The notes: generated by a model from the letters alone, not told the origin. A stretch of DNA of 64,000 bases from Eledone cirrhosa (GCA_964016885.1 OZ024749.1:496001-560000); one strand, 5' to 3'. Shown: positions 1-13,351, counted from the stretch's first letter. Numbers and translations are program-made.

Positions 1-143
1 CGCATAGAGTTACGGCCCTTGCCATTCTGAGTTCAAATCCCGCCGAGGTTAACTTTGCCTTTCATCCTTACGGGGTCGATAAAATAAAGTACCAGTAATG
101 TACTGGGTAATTGCTGGCCTTGTGCCAAAAGTATAAACAATTA
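1..143 (+). mobile_element. tRNA-derived SINE, truncated by the window edge
   Basis: B-box-like GAGTTCAAATCC followed by the body 'gccgaggttaactttgcctttcatcc...gataaaataaagtaccag'. The same body recurs at 19100-19250 and 41300-41475, and on the minus strand at 6760-7080 and 18865-19058. Confidence 0.8.
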
Positions 144-1960
144 TATATACTGTATATGTGGTGTATATAGTAGAGACATTATATATACTGTATATGTGGT
201 GTAGATAGTAGAGACATTATATATACTGTATATGTGGTGTAGATAGTAGTGACATTATATATACTGTATATGTGGTGTAGATAGTAGTGACATTATATAT
301 ACTGTATATGTGGTGTATATAGTAGTGACATTATATATACTGTATATGTGGTGTATATAGTAGAGACATTATATATACTGTATATGTGGTGTATATAGTA
401 GAGACATTATATATACTGTATATGTGGTGTATATAGTAGAGACATTATATATACTGTATATGTGGTGTATATAGTAGAGACATTATATATACTGTATATG
501 TGGTGTATATAGTAGAGACATTATATATACTGTACATGTGGTGTATATAGTAGTGACATTATATATACTGTATATGTGGTGTATATAGTAGTGACATTAT
601 ATATATACTGTACATGTGGTGTATATAGTAGTGACATTATATATACTGTATATGTGGTGTATATAGTAGTGACATTATATATACTGTACATGTGGTGTAG
701 ATAGTAGTGACATTATATATATACTGTATATGTGGTGTATATAGTAGAGACATTATATATACTGTATATGTGGTGTAGATAGTAGAGACATTATATATAC
801 TGTATATGTGGTGTAGATAGTAGTGACATTATATATATACTGTACATGTGGTGTAGATAGTAGTGACATTATATATACTGTATATGTGGTGTATATAGTA
901 GAGACATTATATATACTGTATATGTGGTGTAGATAGTAGTGACATTATATATATACTGTATATGTGGTGTATATAGTAGAGACATTATATATACTGTATA
1001 TGTGGTGTATATAGTAGAGACATTATATATACTGTATATGTGGTGTAGATAGTAGTGACATTATATATATACTGTATATGTGGTGTATATAGTAGAGACA
1101 TTATATATACTGTATATGTGGTGTAGATAGTAGAGACATTATATATATATTGTATATGTGGTGTATATAGTAGAGACATTATATATACTGTATATGTGGT
1201 GTAGATAGTAGAGACATTATATATACTGTATATGTGGTGTAGATAGTAGTGACATTATATATATACTGTACATGTGGTGTATATAGTAGTGACATTATAT
1301 ATACTGTACATGTGGTGTAGATAGTAGTGACATTATATATATACTGTATATGTGGTGTAGATAGTAGAGACATTATATATACTGTATATGTGGTGTAGAT
1401 AGTAGTGACATTATATATACTGTATATGTGGTGTAGATAGTAGTGACATTATATATACTGTATATGTGGTGTATATAGTAGTGACATTATATATATACTG
1501 TATATGTGGTGTATATAGTAGTGACATTATATATACTGTACATGTGGTGTATATAGTAGTGACATTATATACACTGTATATGTGGTGTATATAGTAGTGA
1601 CATTATATATACTGTATATGTGGTGTATATAGTAGTGACATTATATATACTGTATATGTGGTGTATATAGTAGAGACATTATATATATACTGTATATGTG
1701 GTGTATATAGTAGTGACATTATATATACTGTACATGTGGTGTATATAGTAGTGACATTATATATACTGTATATGTGGTGTATATAGTAGTGACATTATAT
1801 ATACTGTATATGTGGTATATATAGTAGTGACATTATATATACTGTACATGTGGTGTATATAGTAGTGACATTATATATACTGTACATGTGGTGTATATAG
1901 TAGTGACATTATATATACTGTATATGTGGTGTAGATAGTAGTGACATTATATATACTGTA
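141..1960. repeat. 38-bp minisatellite (ATTATATATACTGTATATGTGGTGTA[T/G]ATAGTAG[A/T]GAC), ~47 copies, some 40 bp with an extra TA
   Basis: Direct periodicity: unit starts at 178, 216, and so on. Confidence 0.97.
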
Positions 1961-1982
1961 TTGCAGTTCTTGACTACATCTA

Positions 1983-2962
1983 TCTATATATCTAAAACAG
2001 AAAATGTATGTCTGTCCGATCACTAAAACCCGAGAACCACCCAACCGATTGTTTTCAAACTTTACACATGTAATACTTATGGGTCTTAAAAAAATTTCAA
2101 ATTTTCAATGTCCTAGGGACCGCATTAGGCGATTTAGCGATCTCTCTCTATAATTCTTAGTCTTTCTTTTTAGATAGATACATACATATAACGTTGCGCC
2201 CTTATAATGTCTGTATGCCTGGCTGTCTGCATTACTACATGATGACGTGTGTGTGTGTGTGTATATATATAGTGTGTAACGTTTTTCGAAATATTTACTT
2301 CTGCGTTCACAGATTGAGTTTTTTTTTAGTTTCAGAAGATCCCGTTAAGGGTGAAAGCAGCGATTCTTTGTTTAAACTTTAATATATATATATATATATC
2401 AAAAGGTTGTGAGTTCAATTCTCGGACCGGGTGATGTGTGAGCAAGACACTTTATTTCACATTGCTCCAGTTTACTCAGCTGTAGAAATGAGATGATAGG
2501 GACTGGGGTCCCTATCATTCCACTGTAAATGAGGTTGGTGTTAGGAAGAGCATGCATCTGTAGAAATCAAGCCAGAATCAGTTCCCGTCCCACCCTTGCA
2601 AGCAGGGAAAAGCAGATGTAAAATGATGATGATGATGATGATGATGATTATATATATATATATATAATTATATATTCGTGTACAGATATTTTTGCATACA
2701 TAATAACAAAATATAAACAAACGTATTTATTTCACGAGGCTCGACAGCAGCAAAAATAACAACAACAAAGAGAGGGAACGCAATTACATGCTTTTGAAAA
2801 ATCTTAATGGAAAATTCTTTGCCTATTCACCCAAGGCAACTTCACTTTTTATTAGGACTTCTGCATCAATTGGTGAACATACGACGAAACTGTTTCAGAA
2901 AGGAGGGATAAACATGCCAATCTATGTTTAGAATTCCGAGCAACGCCGGGCCATTCTGCTAG
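1983..2962 (+). mobile_element. Probable non-autonomous Helitron with nested SINE and RTE-tail pieces
   Basis: 5' end a|TCTATATATCTAAAAC...TGTCTGTCC...CCAACCGATT...CAAACTTT. 3' end has a short GC-rich imperfect hairpin CCGAGCAACGCCGG just upstream of CTAG|t. This matches Helitron rules (TC...CTRR, inserted between A and T, no TSD). Confidence 0.6.
2400..2648 (+). mobile_element. SINE fragment (B box plus central domain) joined to an RTE-type 3' tail ending in (GAT)n
   Basis: GAGTTCAATTC and 'gagcaagacactttatttcacattgctccagtttactcagctg', then 'gttaggaagagcat...gcaagcagggaaaagcagatgtaaaatgatgatg', which resembles the 3' end at 43700-43875. Confidence 0.7.
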
Positions 2963-3312
2963 TATATCACTAAAACTCTGTGATTGCTTCCTTGCTTGCT
3001 TCTCTGTAATGTAATACAGCGAAAAGGGCACATAATAGGAAAATACTTTGAAAGGAAGTTGACCCTGAATTGGGAATACAAAGTGAATAAAACAAGTTTC
3101 ATGTAAATCGAAGCACGGGTTCCCGGGATAAGGGGTTTTTCCAGGTACCTTCATAAACAGAGAGAAAGAGATAGTGGTTGTGAGAGAGTGGATTGAAAGA
3201 GAAAGATAGAGAGAGGGAGAGGAGACAGAGAATGGGAGAGAGAGTTGATGTTGTGTATATATATATATGTGTGTGTCTATGACCAGAGTGTATAGACACC
3301 CACATATATATG

Positions 3313-3353
<41 letters not shown>

Positions 3354-3819
3354 GTATACATACACATTTATATATATATATATACACATATCTATATATA
3401 TGTATATATGAGCCTTCAAGTTTCATTTCACATTATATACATGTCTGTGTATATTTTATTTATTTTAAAATTATTTTTAAGTGAACGTGACCCAACGGTG
3501 AGGGGTGGTCTAGTATAAAATAAATGTGGATTTATTTATGCAATAACTTGACCACCTCCTAATATATTATCTTACTCCGGCACTGGTTTCAGTCATTAGA
3601 CTGTGGCCATGTTGGGGCCACATCATGATTCAGTTGATCACAATACTTTATAGATCACTTTTTAAAATCTCATGAGACATAAACAGACTCAGAGATAGCT
3701 ATCATGGAAAATGGATGTTAAACAGTGATGATGATGATATATGAGGGTTAAATATACTTATATGCAGATGTAACTATATAAATATATATATGTATATATA
3801 TATATATATATAAAGAAAA

Positions 3820-5990
3820 GCTATAAGCTTTTCTGGGTAGGTAAGGATGATGGGTTAGGGGGACTAAGCATTTTCCAGGCTGAGAGATGGATCAATAAGA
3901 CAATAGAGGTAGTTCGAGTTAGTGATAGAATAATTAAGCTTAGATTAGTTGTAGGCAGGAGACTACTGACAATCATCTCTGCCTATGCTCCCCAGGCAGG
4001 CCTAGGTAAAGAAGAGAAAGACTGCTTTTACGAGCAACTTTTACAAACAACCGCAATGACAGAGGACGGAGACATCGTTATGCTAGCAGGGGACTTCAAT
4101 GGTCATGTTGGACAGCTCCAGGATGCTTACACTGGGGTACATGGTGGGCACGGTTACGGCTCAAGAAATGAAGGAGACTTCTTGAATTTTGTGATGCAAG
4201 TACACTGACTATTTGCAACACAAACTTCCAGAAACCTGCCAACCACCTAATATCCTACAATTCTGGCGAGCACATAAGCCAGATTGACTTCTTAATAGAT
4301 AAGCAGATAGTGTCTAATACGAAGGCATACCCTGGGGGAGAATGTACCCACACAGCATAGGTTAGTCGTTAGTGATATCTCAGTAAGCAAGAGATGGAAT
4401 GAGACATACAGGAAGGTGTGGAGAAGAAAGGTCTGGAAGCTAAAAGACCTTTCACTAAAATACAAATTTAGGAAAGCCCTTCAAGATGTGTATGACGAAA
4501 AAGAAGACGATTTAGAGACGTATGACATAGATAATAACTGGAATTTCTTACGTGACAACTTACTGCAGGCTACTGATGAAACTTGTGGCTGGAGCAGAGC
4601 TCCAACCAGCCAGAGAGTGACCTGGTGGTGGAACAGCACAGTAGATAAGGCCATTAGAGACAAAAGACTAGCATGGAAGGCTTGGAAAAGGGGTGAGAGT
4701 AGGGAAGGATATATAGCCGCTAAGAGAGAAGCTAAACGTCAGGTGTACTTAGCACGCAGGGAGGCTGAGAGTAGGAGGTTTGCCAATGTTCAGCAACAGG
4801 AAGATCAGAGGCGTGCGGTGTTCCACATTGCAAGGCAGTGTGTCAATGCAAATCAGGATGTTGTTGGAGATAAATGTGTCCAGAATGATGCCGGTGTACT
4901 TAGTGTCATGAATGATCAGAAAAAGGAGGCCTGGAAATGTTATTATGAGAGACTGATGAATGTGGAGAACGAATGGGAGAGAGAGAAATTACCCTCAGTA
5001 GATCTGACAGAGAGACCAGCTATTGAGATTGACGAATATAGGGTCCAAGAGGCGATTAAGGAAATGAAAAATGGTAAGGCTGCTGGACCATTGGGGATAG
5101 TTGCTGAGATGCTGAAGGCATCAGGGGACGTAAGCACTAAACTGGTTGCACACATCATCAATCAGGCTATATATGGTGGTGTCATACCCAAAGACTGGTG
5201 CAGCAGTATTCTCATAAATTGCTACAAAGGTAAAGGGGATGCTCTGGAGAGGAGCAATTATAGGGGTATAAAACTGATAGATCAGGTTATGAAAGTGGCA
5301 GAAAGGATATTAGCACAACTAATTAGAGAAAGGGTCAAACTAGATTAGATGCAGTTTGGTTTTGTGCCTGGGAAGAGTACAATAGATGCCCTGTTCTTGG
5401 TGAGACAATTAGAGAAGTTCTTAGAGAAAAATAAGCCACTATACTTAGCCTTTGATAGGGTACCCCGATCTGTCATCTGGTGGTCCCTAAGGAAACTAGG
5501 TGTTGAGGAACGGCTTGTGAGGACAGTGCAAACTTTGTACCGAGGTACTCTCAGTAAAGTCAGAGTAGGAATGGAGTTTAGTGAGGAATTCCAGGTACAA
5601 GTAGGAGTACATCAAGGTTCGGTCCTCAGCCCGCTCTTGTTCATTATAGTCCTCCAAGCCATAACAGAGGAGTTTAAGACTGGCTGTCCATGGGAACTTC
5701 TCTATGCTGACGATCTGGTTCTTATAGCAGAATCAGTAGAGGAGCTAAAGATTAAATTCTGGCTATGGAAACAGCAGTTGGAAGCAAGAGGACTGAGAGT
5801 GAACCTAGCTAAGATAAAAGTGTTGATGAGTAGAAAAGAGGACAAAACTCTGATTCCGTCAGGGAAATGGCCATGTTCGATATGCAGAAAAGGAACTGGC
5901 ATAAATTCTATAAAATGCACACAATGCAGATCTTGGGTACACAAGAGATGTAGTAGGATAGCAGGCAGAGAGGAAATGTCTCAGGACTAA
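3820..5990 (+). mobile_element. RTE-clade LINE (family A), degenerate APE endonuclease + reverse transcriptase + PHD-like finger; 5' and 3' truncated
   Basis: APE motifs SAYAPQ and AGDFNGHVG (~3975-4112). RT motifs KAAGP.GI, NYRGIKL, QFGF.PGKST, GVHQGSVLSPLLF and LLYADD. In-frame TAG at 5346-5348, where the sister copy has E, plus small deletions. Confidence 0.95.
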
Positions 5991-6343
5991 CCCCCTATGG
6001 CTCCCTCAGGAATAAGTAAGTGAAGAAAAAAAGAAACTTGTAAAATATTTTCAGATGTGATTTATTAAAAAAAAAATCATAATTTGAACTGTCATGAAAA
6101 TATCATCCCACAAATATTAAAGTTATAAAATTGTTTTTATTTACACATAATGTGGATATTTTGTCATAAATATAAACCAATTAGGGTTTATAAAATAAAC
6201 ACATCAATCTTTTGTTGTTTTCTTTTTAACTGATGGAATTATAAGGGCATTTTAAGCTTGGTGGAGCCCTTCCCTCTCCAGGTTTGAACAGTTGATTTCT
6301 TCCAGAGAAGGAGAGAGGAAAAACAGACCTCAGTGCTGCACTG

Positions 6344-6700
6344 TCATCATCATCACCGTTTTACATCCGTTCTTCCATGCTAGCATGGGTTAGATGGGTT
6401 GTCCTGTTGTGGGCAGTGTCTGGTCGGCTGATCTTGTCTTGCTCATACAGGAGCTGATTCTGGCTTGATTTCTACAGCTGGATGCCCTTCCTAACACCAA
6501 CCTCATTTACAGTGAGTGCTGAATGCTTTTTTTCCGTGGCGCCTACACGTCCACTTTACATGTGGGCTGGGTGCTTTTTTGCCATGGGAGGGTGTGGAGC
6601 ATAGTGACTATATGCTTCAGCTTGTACCTTGTATTACTGCGTGACGCCAGAGGTCATGGTCGTGTGTCATCGCCTTTGAGAGGTGTAATTGGGTAAGGTC
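6344..6700 (-). mobile_element. RTE 3'-UTR-derived fragment (LINE tail or non-autonomous partner)
   Basis: (CAT)n followed by 'tttacatccgttcttccatgctagcatggg' and 'ggatgcccttcctaacaccaacc', the reverse complement of the 3' end at 43700-43875. Confidence 0.75.
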
Positions 6701-6759
6701 GGCTTTTATCACCTCATCCCAGGTCTTCTTGGGCCTCCTCACTCCGCGGTTTCCATGTA

Positions 6760-7080
6760 CTTTTTTTTATCAACCTTGAATGAACGAAAGGTAAAGTTGA
6801 CCTCAGCAAGATTTAAACTCAGACAGCAGAGAACCAGAAAGCATTCCATCCATTGTTTTAAAGACGTTAAATAATTTTTTCTACTTTTGGCACAAGTCCA
6901 TCAATTTGAAGAGAAGGGGAAAGTCAATTAAAACAACTCCAGTACATTACTGGTACTTAAAATTATTGACCACATAAAGAAAGGAAAAGTTACCCACAGC
7001 AGGATTTCAACTCAGAACATAAAAGGCTGTAATTATGACACAAAACATGTCTGATGTTCTACAGGCTCTGCCACTTCCTC
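6760..7080 (-). mobile_element. Two diverged SINE copies (family of 1-143)
   Basis: Reverse-complement similarity: 'aaaggtaaagttgacctcagcaagatttaaactcag' and 'cagtacattactggtact...ggatttcaactcagaac'. Confidence 0.65.
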
Positions 7081-7237
7081 AGCCTCAGCAACAAAATAAG
7101 ATTCTGTCTCTGTAAGAAACCTTAATGACAAATATGAAGCAGAATTTTCTCCAGGGTGTATTTGTGGATTACAATACAAAACCTCTGAGAATGATTTCTA
7201 AAATATTTCACCATAATAAATATTGATTAATATATTA

Positions 7238-7530
7238 TCATCATTATTGTTTATTAGGTCAGGTGGATTGGCCAGAACAATTCTTCTCTTCTCTTTCAGA
7301 TGTCACAATCTTCCATGGCATTCTTGAGATTATTAATCTCCAGCTGGACATCCCGAGATAGCTGATCTATGTAGGTCATTCTCAGTCATCTCACTAGGGT
7401 CTTACTATGTTTAGGTATCCACAACAGTAGCCAGCACATCAGGTCATCCTTTCTTTAGTAGCAGAGTCCAGCATATCTTGTCCTCCACTCCTTAGTTATT
7501 GCGATGTATGTCACTATACGTCTTCCATGG
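7238..7530 (-). mobile_element. Old RTE-clade LINE C-terminal remnant
   Basis: Minus-strand translation reads 'RYAGLCY*RKDDLMCWLLLW...TYIDQLSRD...LKNAMED', the typical RTE C-terminal pattern, followed by a (GAT/AAT)-like tail. Confidence 0.55.
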
Positions 7531-7797
7531 TGAAGTATATTTATATACATTTATGATATATGATGATGACACAGTGGAATCTCGGATCACAAACAAATCT
7601 GTACAAAGTCTTGGTTGATAAACGATGTCTCAAGTAAAACACAGAAGTCAGCAACAATGGTTGGCAACAAGCTGGGAGTATCAACAGGAAAGTATCACTT
7701 GCTGTGTAGTTAGTTACTATGCTGATCAGACTCTCTGTCATTGTATTTCTCTCTTAAGATTTTGTATGGGGAAAAATAGTTTTATTCATAATATATT

Positions 7798-8155
7798 CAC
7801 AATGCCCTGAGCATCCGACAGTTCCTGGCTGAGAAGAACATCGCTGTGCTGGAGCAACCTCCCTACTTCCCCGACCTGGCTCCGTGTGATTTTTTCCTAT
7901 TCCCCAAGCTCAAGGGGGTCATCAAGGGGACCCGTTTTGAAGACGTGGACAACATCAAAAAGGCTGTGATGACGGAACTGCGGAGGATCCTGGAAGAATT
8001 CTTCCAGGAGTGCATGCAAGCGTGGCAGAAAAGGATGGAAAAGTGCATTAGACTCCAGGGGATTATTTTGAAAGAGAAAACTCTTAGTGTGAAGTTTGGG
8101 TTTGAAATAAATCTTTTGTGACATCAGTCCTGGAACTTTTTTGACACACCTCATA
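7798..8155 (+). mobile_element. Mariner transposon 3' fragment: transposase C-terminus, right TIR and TA
   Basis: 'QPPYFPDLAPCDFFLFPKLK' matches the mariner YSPDLAPxD motif. The terminal GDYFE is frameshifted. TIR-like CAGTCCTGGAACTTTTTTGACACACCTCA|TA at 8125-8155. Confidence 0.9.
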
Positions 8156-8169
8156 TATATATAACCTTC

Positions 8170-8372
8170 AATGTATGACAATGTTTCACATTATAAATTC
8201 TTACTTCCAGTGTGTGAGTGTTTATTTGTGTTTCATACTTCACAGTGATGGAGTTTATTACTAGTAGTGACTATGTTTGTAAACAACCAGGGTAGAGTTC
8301 CAAGTGAAATATTTCCCAGATATTTCACAATGGATTGTTTTTTCTCCAGTGTATAATCTTTGTGACTCATTA
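8170..8372 (-). pseudogene. Decayed C2H2 zinc-finger array
   Basis: Minus strand gives 'YTGEKTIHCEISGKYFT' and 'HSHTGSKNL*CET' (HTGEK-type linkers, lost Cys, stops). Confidence 0.65.
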
Positions 8373-8429
8373 ACTTATTGTTAGTTATAAAAGATTTGCT
8401 TTGTTATTTCTGTTTTGCCTTTTGCATCT

Positions 8430-8715
8430 TAAAGACCCCCTTTGGTCATGAATGACCATAGGATTTGCACCAAGAAATTTCTCCTCCGAGACACATGTCC
8501 AGACAAGGTTGTTTGTGGAAGACCAGGAGTTGCCCAAAGGAAAGGCAATGGCCAATACAGCTTGGCACCAGTAGTGTCGCAACTCATTTCAACAGCTGAG
8601 TAAACTGGAGCAACAGAAAATAAAATGTCTTGCTCAAGGACACAATGCAAAGCCCAGTCTGAAAATCGAACCCACAACCTTTAAGCTTGATGCTCTAACC
8701 ACTAAGCCATGCGCC
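8430..8715 (-). mobile_element. Near full-length tRNA-derived SINE
   Basis: Minus strand: A box TGGCTTAGTGG, B box GGTTCGATT, central 'tgtgtccttgagcaagaca...gctccagtttactcagctg' shared with 2400 and 38068. Confidence 0.85.
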
Positions 8716-8749
8716 TTTTGCATACATATATATATATATCTGTGTGCAT

Positions 8750-11015
8750 ATGACCAATGGGCTGGGACAGTTGGATGATATGGTGTTGGAGAAACAAATG
8801 ATTGTGGACTCCGCCTCCGAGAATTTGCTAACACTCATAAGCTGACCCTAGCTAACACAGAGAACAACATGGCATGCACCACAATGGTAAGACTCACAAC
8901 CAAACTGGCTTCATCCTCACACCTCAAAAGTTCAAGTCCAGTATCAATAAGGCTAGAACTAGGACCTTCCCTCGTGCTGATGTCAACAGTGACCACAATT
9001 TGGTTCTGATGACACTACAGCTCAAATTGAAGATCCATAAAAAGAGAGCCACATGTATCAGGTTTGATGTAAACAAACTAAGAGATGCTAGTGTTGTAAC
9101 AGTGTTTAAGGCATCATAGGTAGCAGCCCTCAACCTCCTAGAAGATATTAACTCCTTAACCGACAAGGAAGCACTTAATGAAACAGTTTAGAAGTGCTGG
9201 GGAAAAGGAGAGGGAAAAAAAACCATGAGCCCTTGATGACATCTTGGACATGATTTAAGAAATGACTTGAAAAAGACTAAGCGAAGAGAAGGCAAGTCAA
9301 CAATACAGTGCTGTGAATAGGAAAGTCAAGAAAATGAGGGAAGCCAAAGAGAAGTGGGTATCAGACCAATGCAAAAACATCGAAGCAGGAATAAAAATAG
9401 GCAATAGCAAGTGCTAACAAAAAGAAAGCAATACAGCACCACTGCCATAGAGGACAAACTGGATTCCTCCTCACAGATGAGGCCCAAGTCATCAAAATAT
9501 GGTCTGAGTATTATGAAGACCTTTATAACCACAAACTCAGACATGACATCAACATCCTGGATAGTTCCACCAATAAGAACCATGAAATCGAGGATACTCT
9601 CATTTTCCAGGAAGAAGTTGAAGAGGCGGTGCACATGCTTAAAGATGGTAAATCCCCATCAGAGCTCCTAAATCACAGACTACCAAAACTTATCTTGGCA
9701 CTGACATTTACCTGTCAGAAGATATGGGAAACAAAGAAGTGGACCCAATAACTGATGATAGCCATTCCCAAGGAAGGAAACTTAAGACTGTCAGAACTAC
9801 AGAACAATCAGCCTTATTAGCCACCCCAGCAAAGTACTACTAAGAGTTCTTCTAAGCAGACTTAAGGGACAGACAGGAAATCCTGGCAGAACAGGCAGGA
9901 TTCAGGCCCAAAAGAAGTACAACAGAGCAAATATTTAACATCAGACTGAGAAACACCTGCAGCACCAAACTGACCTCATAACTTCATTGACTTTAGAAAA
10001 GCCTTTGACCATGTTTGGCACGAGGGTTTGTGGAAGGTGATGAAGGATTACAACTTTGACACCAACCTCATTGAAGTAATTAAAGCACTGAATAGGCAAC
10101 TAAAACAGTGCAGTTCTTCTGAATAACAACATTGGAGAATTCTTCAGAATAACTGGGAGTTCAACAGAGGTGTCTCCTTTCTTTAGTGCTTTTCAACATC
10201 TTCCTGGAAAATATCATACCAGAGAGACTCTGCAAGATGTCCACACCTCTGTTTCTGTTGGGGAGTGGCCCATTTCCAACCTGCGATTTGTTGATGATAA
10301 TGACCTGTTAGGAAGTAGCAAAGCTGAACTCCCGGAGCTCACTTCCAGACTGGAAAAAGTAACAGGAGCAAATGGAATGAGATCAGCTCAGAAAAGAGCA
10401 AGATTCTGGTTAATAGTTATAATCAGAATACAGCAACCAACAACATACTGAACGGAGGAATATTTGAAGTGGAAACCTTCAAGTATCTAGGATCCACTCT
10501 GACCAAAAGGAGATATTGACAAAACTCGCCCTGGCTATTTCTGTCATGGTAAAGCAACTCCATCAGTTTTCCAATGAAGTTCAAACTGTACAAGTCCTTG
10601 GTGACTTCGAGCCTTGTGTATGGGTGTGAGAGTCGGACTCTCACAGCAGACAGTTGATTCAGAAAGTTGCTACACATCCCATACACGGTGTAAAAAACAA
10701 ACAGCTTTGTCAGGCAACAAATATGCTGGCAGACAGGAAATACTCCTTGCAACAGTGAAAGGCTTGCCTGGTATGGTCACAAACCCTGCCACAACTCCTT
10801 GTCCAAAACTATCTTTCAGGGCACAGTCGAAGAAGTGCGAAAAAAAAAACAGAAAGAAAATCCTGGTCCGACCACACCAAAGACTGGATTAGTCACAACA
10901 GAGACCCTGCTACGCATGACGGAGAATAGAGACCAATGGCGACAACTGACAGCAAAAGTATCCAGAGTGGCACCCCAACCACTAGCTGCAGCAGTTCTGG
11001 GAACATGATGATGAT
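8750..11015 (+). mobile_element. RTE-clade LINE (family B), heavily degenerate, 5' truncated, with (GAT)n tail
   Basis: APE C-terminal 'FPRADVNSDHNLV'; RT pieces NYRTISLISHPSK, EQAGFRP, 'NLRFVDD' and FKYLGS; ends ATGATGATGAT. Many frameshifts. Confidence 0.88.
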
Positions 11016-11199
11016 ATATATATATTAGCACTTGTATTTTCTTCCAACATCAGCCTTATGCTGTCATATGTCTTCTTACTTGTACCAACTGAATGCTACA
11101 TTACAACTTTGTAGAAGAAAGCCGAGTTCTGTAGTCTTTTATGGACACTCTGTATATTAGACTACATGGCATCTATTAACCATATCTACATTTCTTAAT

Positions 11200-11630
11200 G
11201 TACGAGTAGAAGTGGTGAGAATCCTTTGTGTAAAGATCACTAGGTGGAAATATAGCTGAATATAGCTGTGAGATTTGCAGGAAAACTTTCTCCGAAAAAA
11301 CTTAGTTGTTCTAAGAAAAAAAACAGCCGAGAAAAAAAAACCTATCACTGTGAAATATGTGGTAAATCTTTCACTGCTAATTCAAAATTTGTCAACCGCA
11401 TACGAAGTCACACTGGAGAAAATGCCTTCCACTGAAATATGTGGGAATCTTTCGCCTGTACTTGTATTTAAAACGAAAACAGATTAATACACACTGGAGA
11501 TAAACCCTACTACTGTGAAATGTGGGAAATATTTCACTCAGGAGGGCAAACTTGGAGTTCACAAACGTATTCATACTGGAGATCAACAATATTATTGTGA
11601 GATATGTATGTGACAAATCTTTTATAATTA
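11200..11630 (+). pseudogene. Decayed tandem C2H2 zinc-finger array (~5 fingers)
   Basis: 'YSCEICRKTFS', 'YHCEICGKSFT...RSHTGENAFH', 'HTGDKPYYCE', 'HKRIHTGDQQYYCEIC', broken by frameshifts and stops. Confidence 0.85.
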
Positions 11631-12759
11631 ACAATAGACTGAAGAAGGCCATTCACCTATATATATATATATGTGTGTGTGTGTAGAAATATGTGTGTAC
11701 GTGAAGTAATTAATCACGATTTTTCAATACAGATAATAGAAAAGTTTACAATGTGTGTTCTGTGGTGGAAAACGAAATAATACATACTTTAGTTTTGTAC
11801 TCCCGATATAAAATCAAGAAAAGTTAGGAAAAACTAATTGTTCACTGATTTCTGATTTTAAAATAACATTTTTCTGTCCTGTAAAATATTGAGTTATCAC
11901 TTCAGGATGTTGGCGTAGTTTGTGGTGAAATATTTAGTAATACAGATGATAAAACAACTATAAGGCAAATAAGTCACCCTATGTTATTTACAAATAATAA
12001 CGTTTAGTATGAAATAATCACCATAAAAGATAAAATTTGATTTGGTTTAAGTTGTAACAATGGAGTCGTTGTAGAAAATTTTCCACTGTCTAGTTGGCAC
12101 CGGTGTCATGACTTGAAAGTCCCCTACATAATTTAATACATTGAGAAACACCTTCAGTTATATTAATGATACATCAAATAAAATCGTAATTGACAATATA
12201 CACAAAAATTGAACGAAGACTGTGTTACACTGTCTTATTTAATCAGTAATGTAATCCATGATACATTAAAAAAAGACGATATTATATATAAACCGCATTA
12301 GGAGAAAATTAGTGGACGATATATGAGTATTTATTTAAGCGATCGCTACCGGAAGTGTTGACATTTGAAAATGTTAAAGAACTGAATCTTTAAATAAATA
12401 ATAAAATATATTTAATGAACAGCCACGAAATTTAGTAGATAAATTATGTAATATTCATTCATTATTTATTCAAAGTAATCCAACTTATTTTACTAAGGCG
12501 ATAAAAAATTATAAACCGTACGCAATCCCGCGCTTCTTATTTTATTATAGTTTAGATTCACACCTTCAATTAAAATACTAGTTCTTTATTTGTATAAATA
12601 ATATTACTAATCTCACAAAGCTGTTAATATTAAAACAAAATACATTATCAATGGTCATAAAATAGAAAGAAAAAATGGAAATGAAACGAAGAAAAAGAAA
12701 ACGAATCAAGCACCAAAAATAATGAGAGGGGCAGGGACAGACACTAAACTCCAGATTGA

Positions 12760-13180
12760 ACTGTGACTCAGCTCTACCCCGCAGACAAAATGGCAAAGGT
12801 GTTACCACGAAGAATAGCCAGAGACACCCACTGTAACATCCACCCCACCTCACGGGTCTACTTCCTTAAGTAGGTTGCTGCCTTTCCAATTTTGAGGAGG
12901 AAATCAGCAGTGTGGGTACAAAGAGGAAGTGGTGAATCAGACCCCTCCCCACCGGTATTTAACTACCTTCCTCTTCTCTCTTATTGCGGGTAGTAAAGCC
13001 TGGGTTTGTGACCAAAGTGAAAAGGTTGGCGGCAGAGAATGATCCAACCCATGCTAAACCTCCAACTAATGCTGCTACTTGTCTTTTTCAGCTGTGGAGA
13101 TTAGAGACATGTGGAATGATATGTCTTGCTTAAGGACACAATGTACCTCCCTTGGCTGAGAATTGAACACATGATATTAC
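12760..13180 (-). mobile_element. Diverged SINE-like element
   Basis: 13090-13180 is the reverse complement of the SINE head/central domain (GTTCAATTC, 'tgtgtccttaagcaagaca'). The extent of the GC-richer body is uncertain. Confidence 0.5.
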
Positions 13181-13351
13181 AATAGGCTGCATGAATTCAC
13201 TTTAAAATATATGTATGTGTGCACACATATATATATGTGTATGTATGAGATCTCCGGGTTCTTACATAGCCTGGCCACTGAAATGTGTACAGTGTTTACA
13301 GTATTAAAAAATTAAGGAAATTCAACATATTTGGCCTTCTGTAATTTCACT

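Noticed and set aside
985-3518. Short ORFs rich in Y, I, C and V
   Set aside because: Translations of TA/CA microsatellites and the 38-bp repeat.
4570-4965. CTGATGA motifs in the RTE ORF (also ~9752 and minus ~15815)
   Set aside because: Coding sequence with no matching GAAA or stems.
12340-12360. CCGGAAGTG ETS-like promoter motif
   Set aside because: A single short motif with no associated gene or other promoter evidence.
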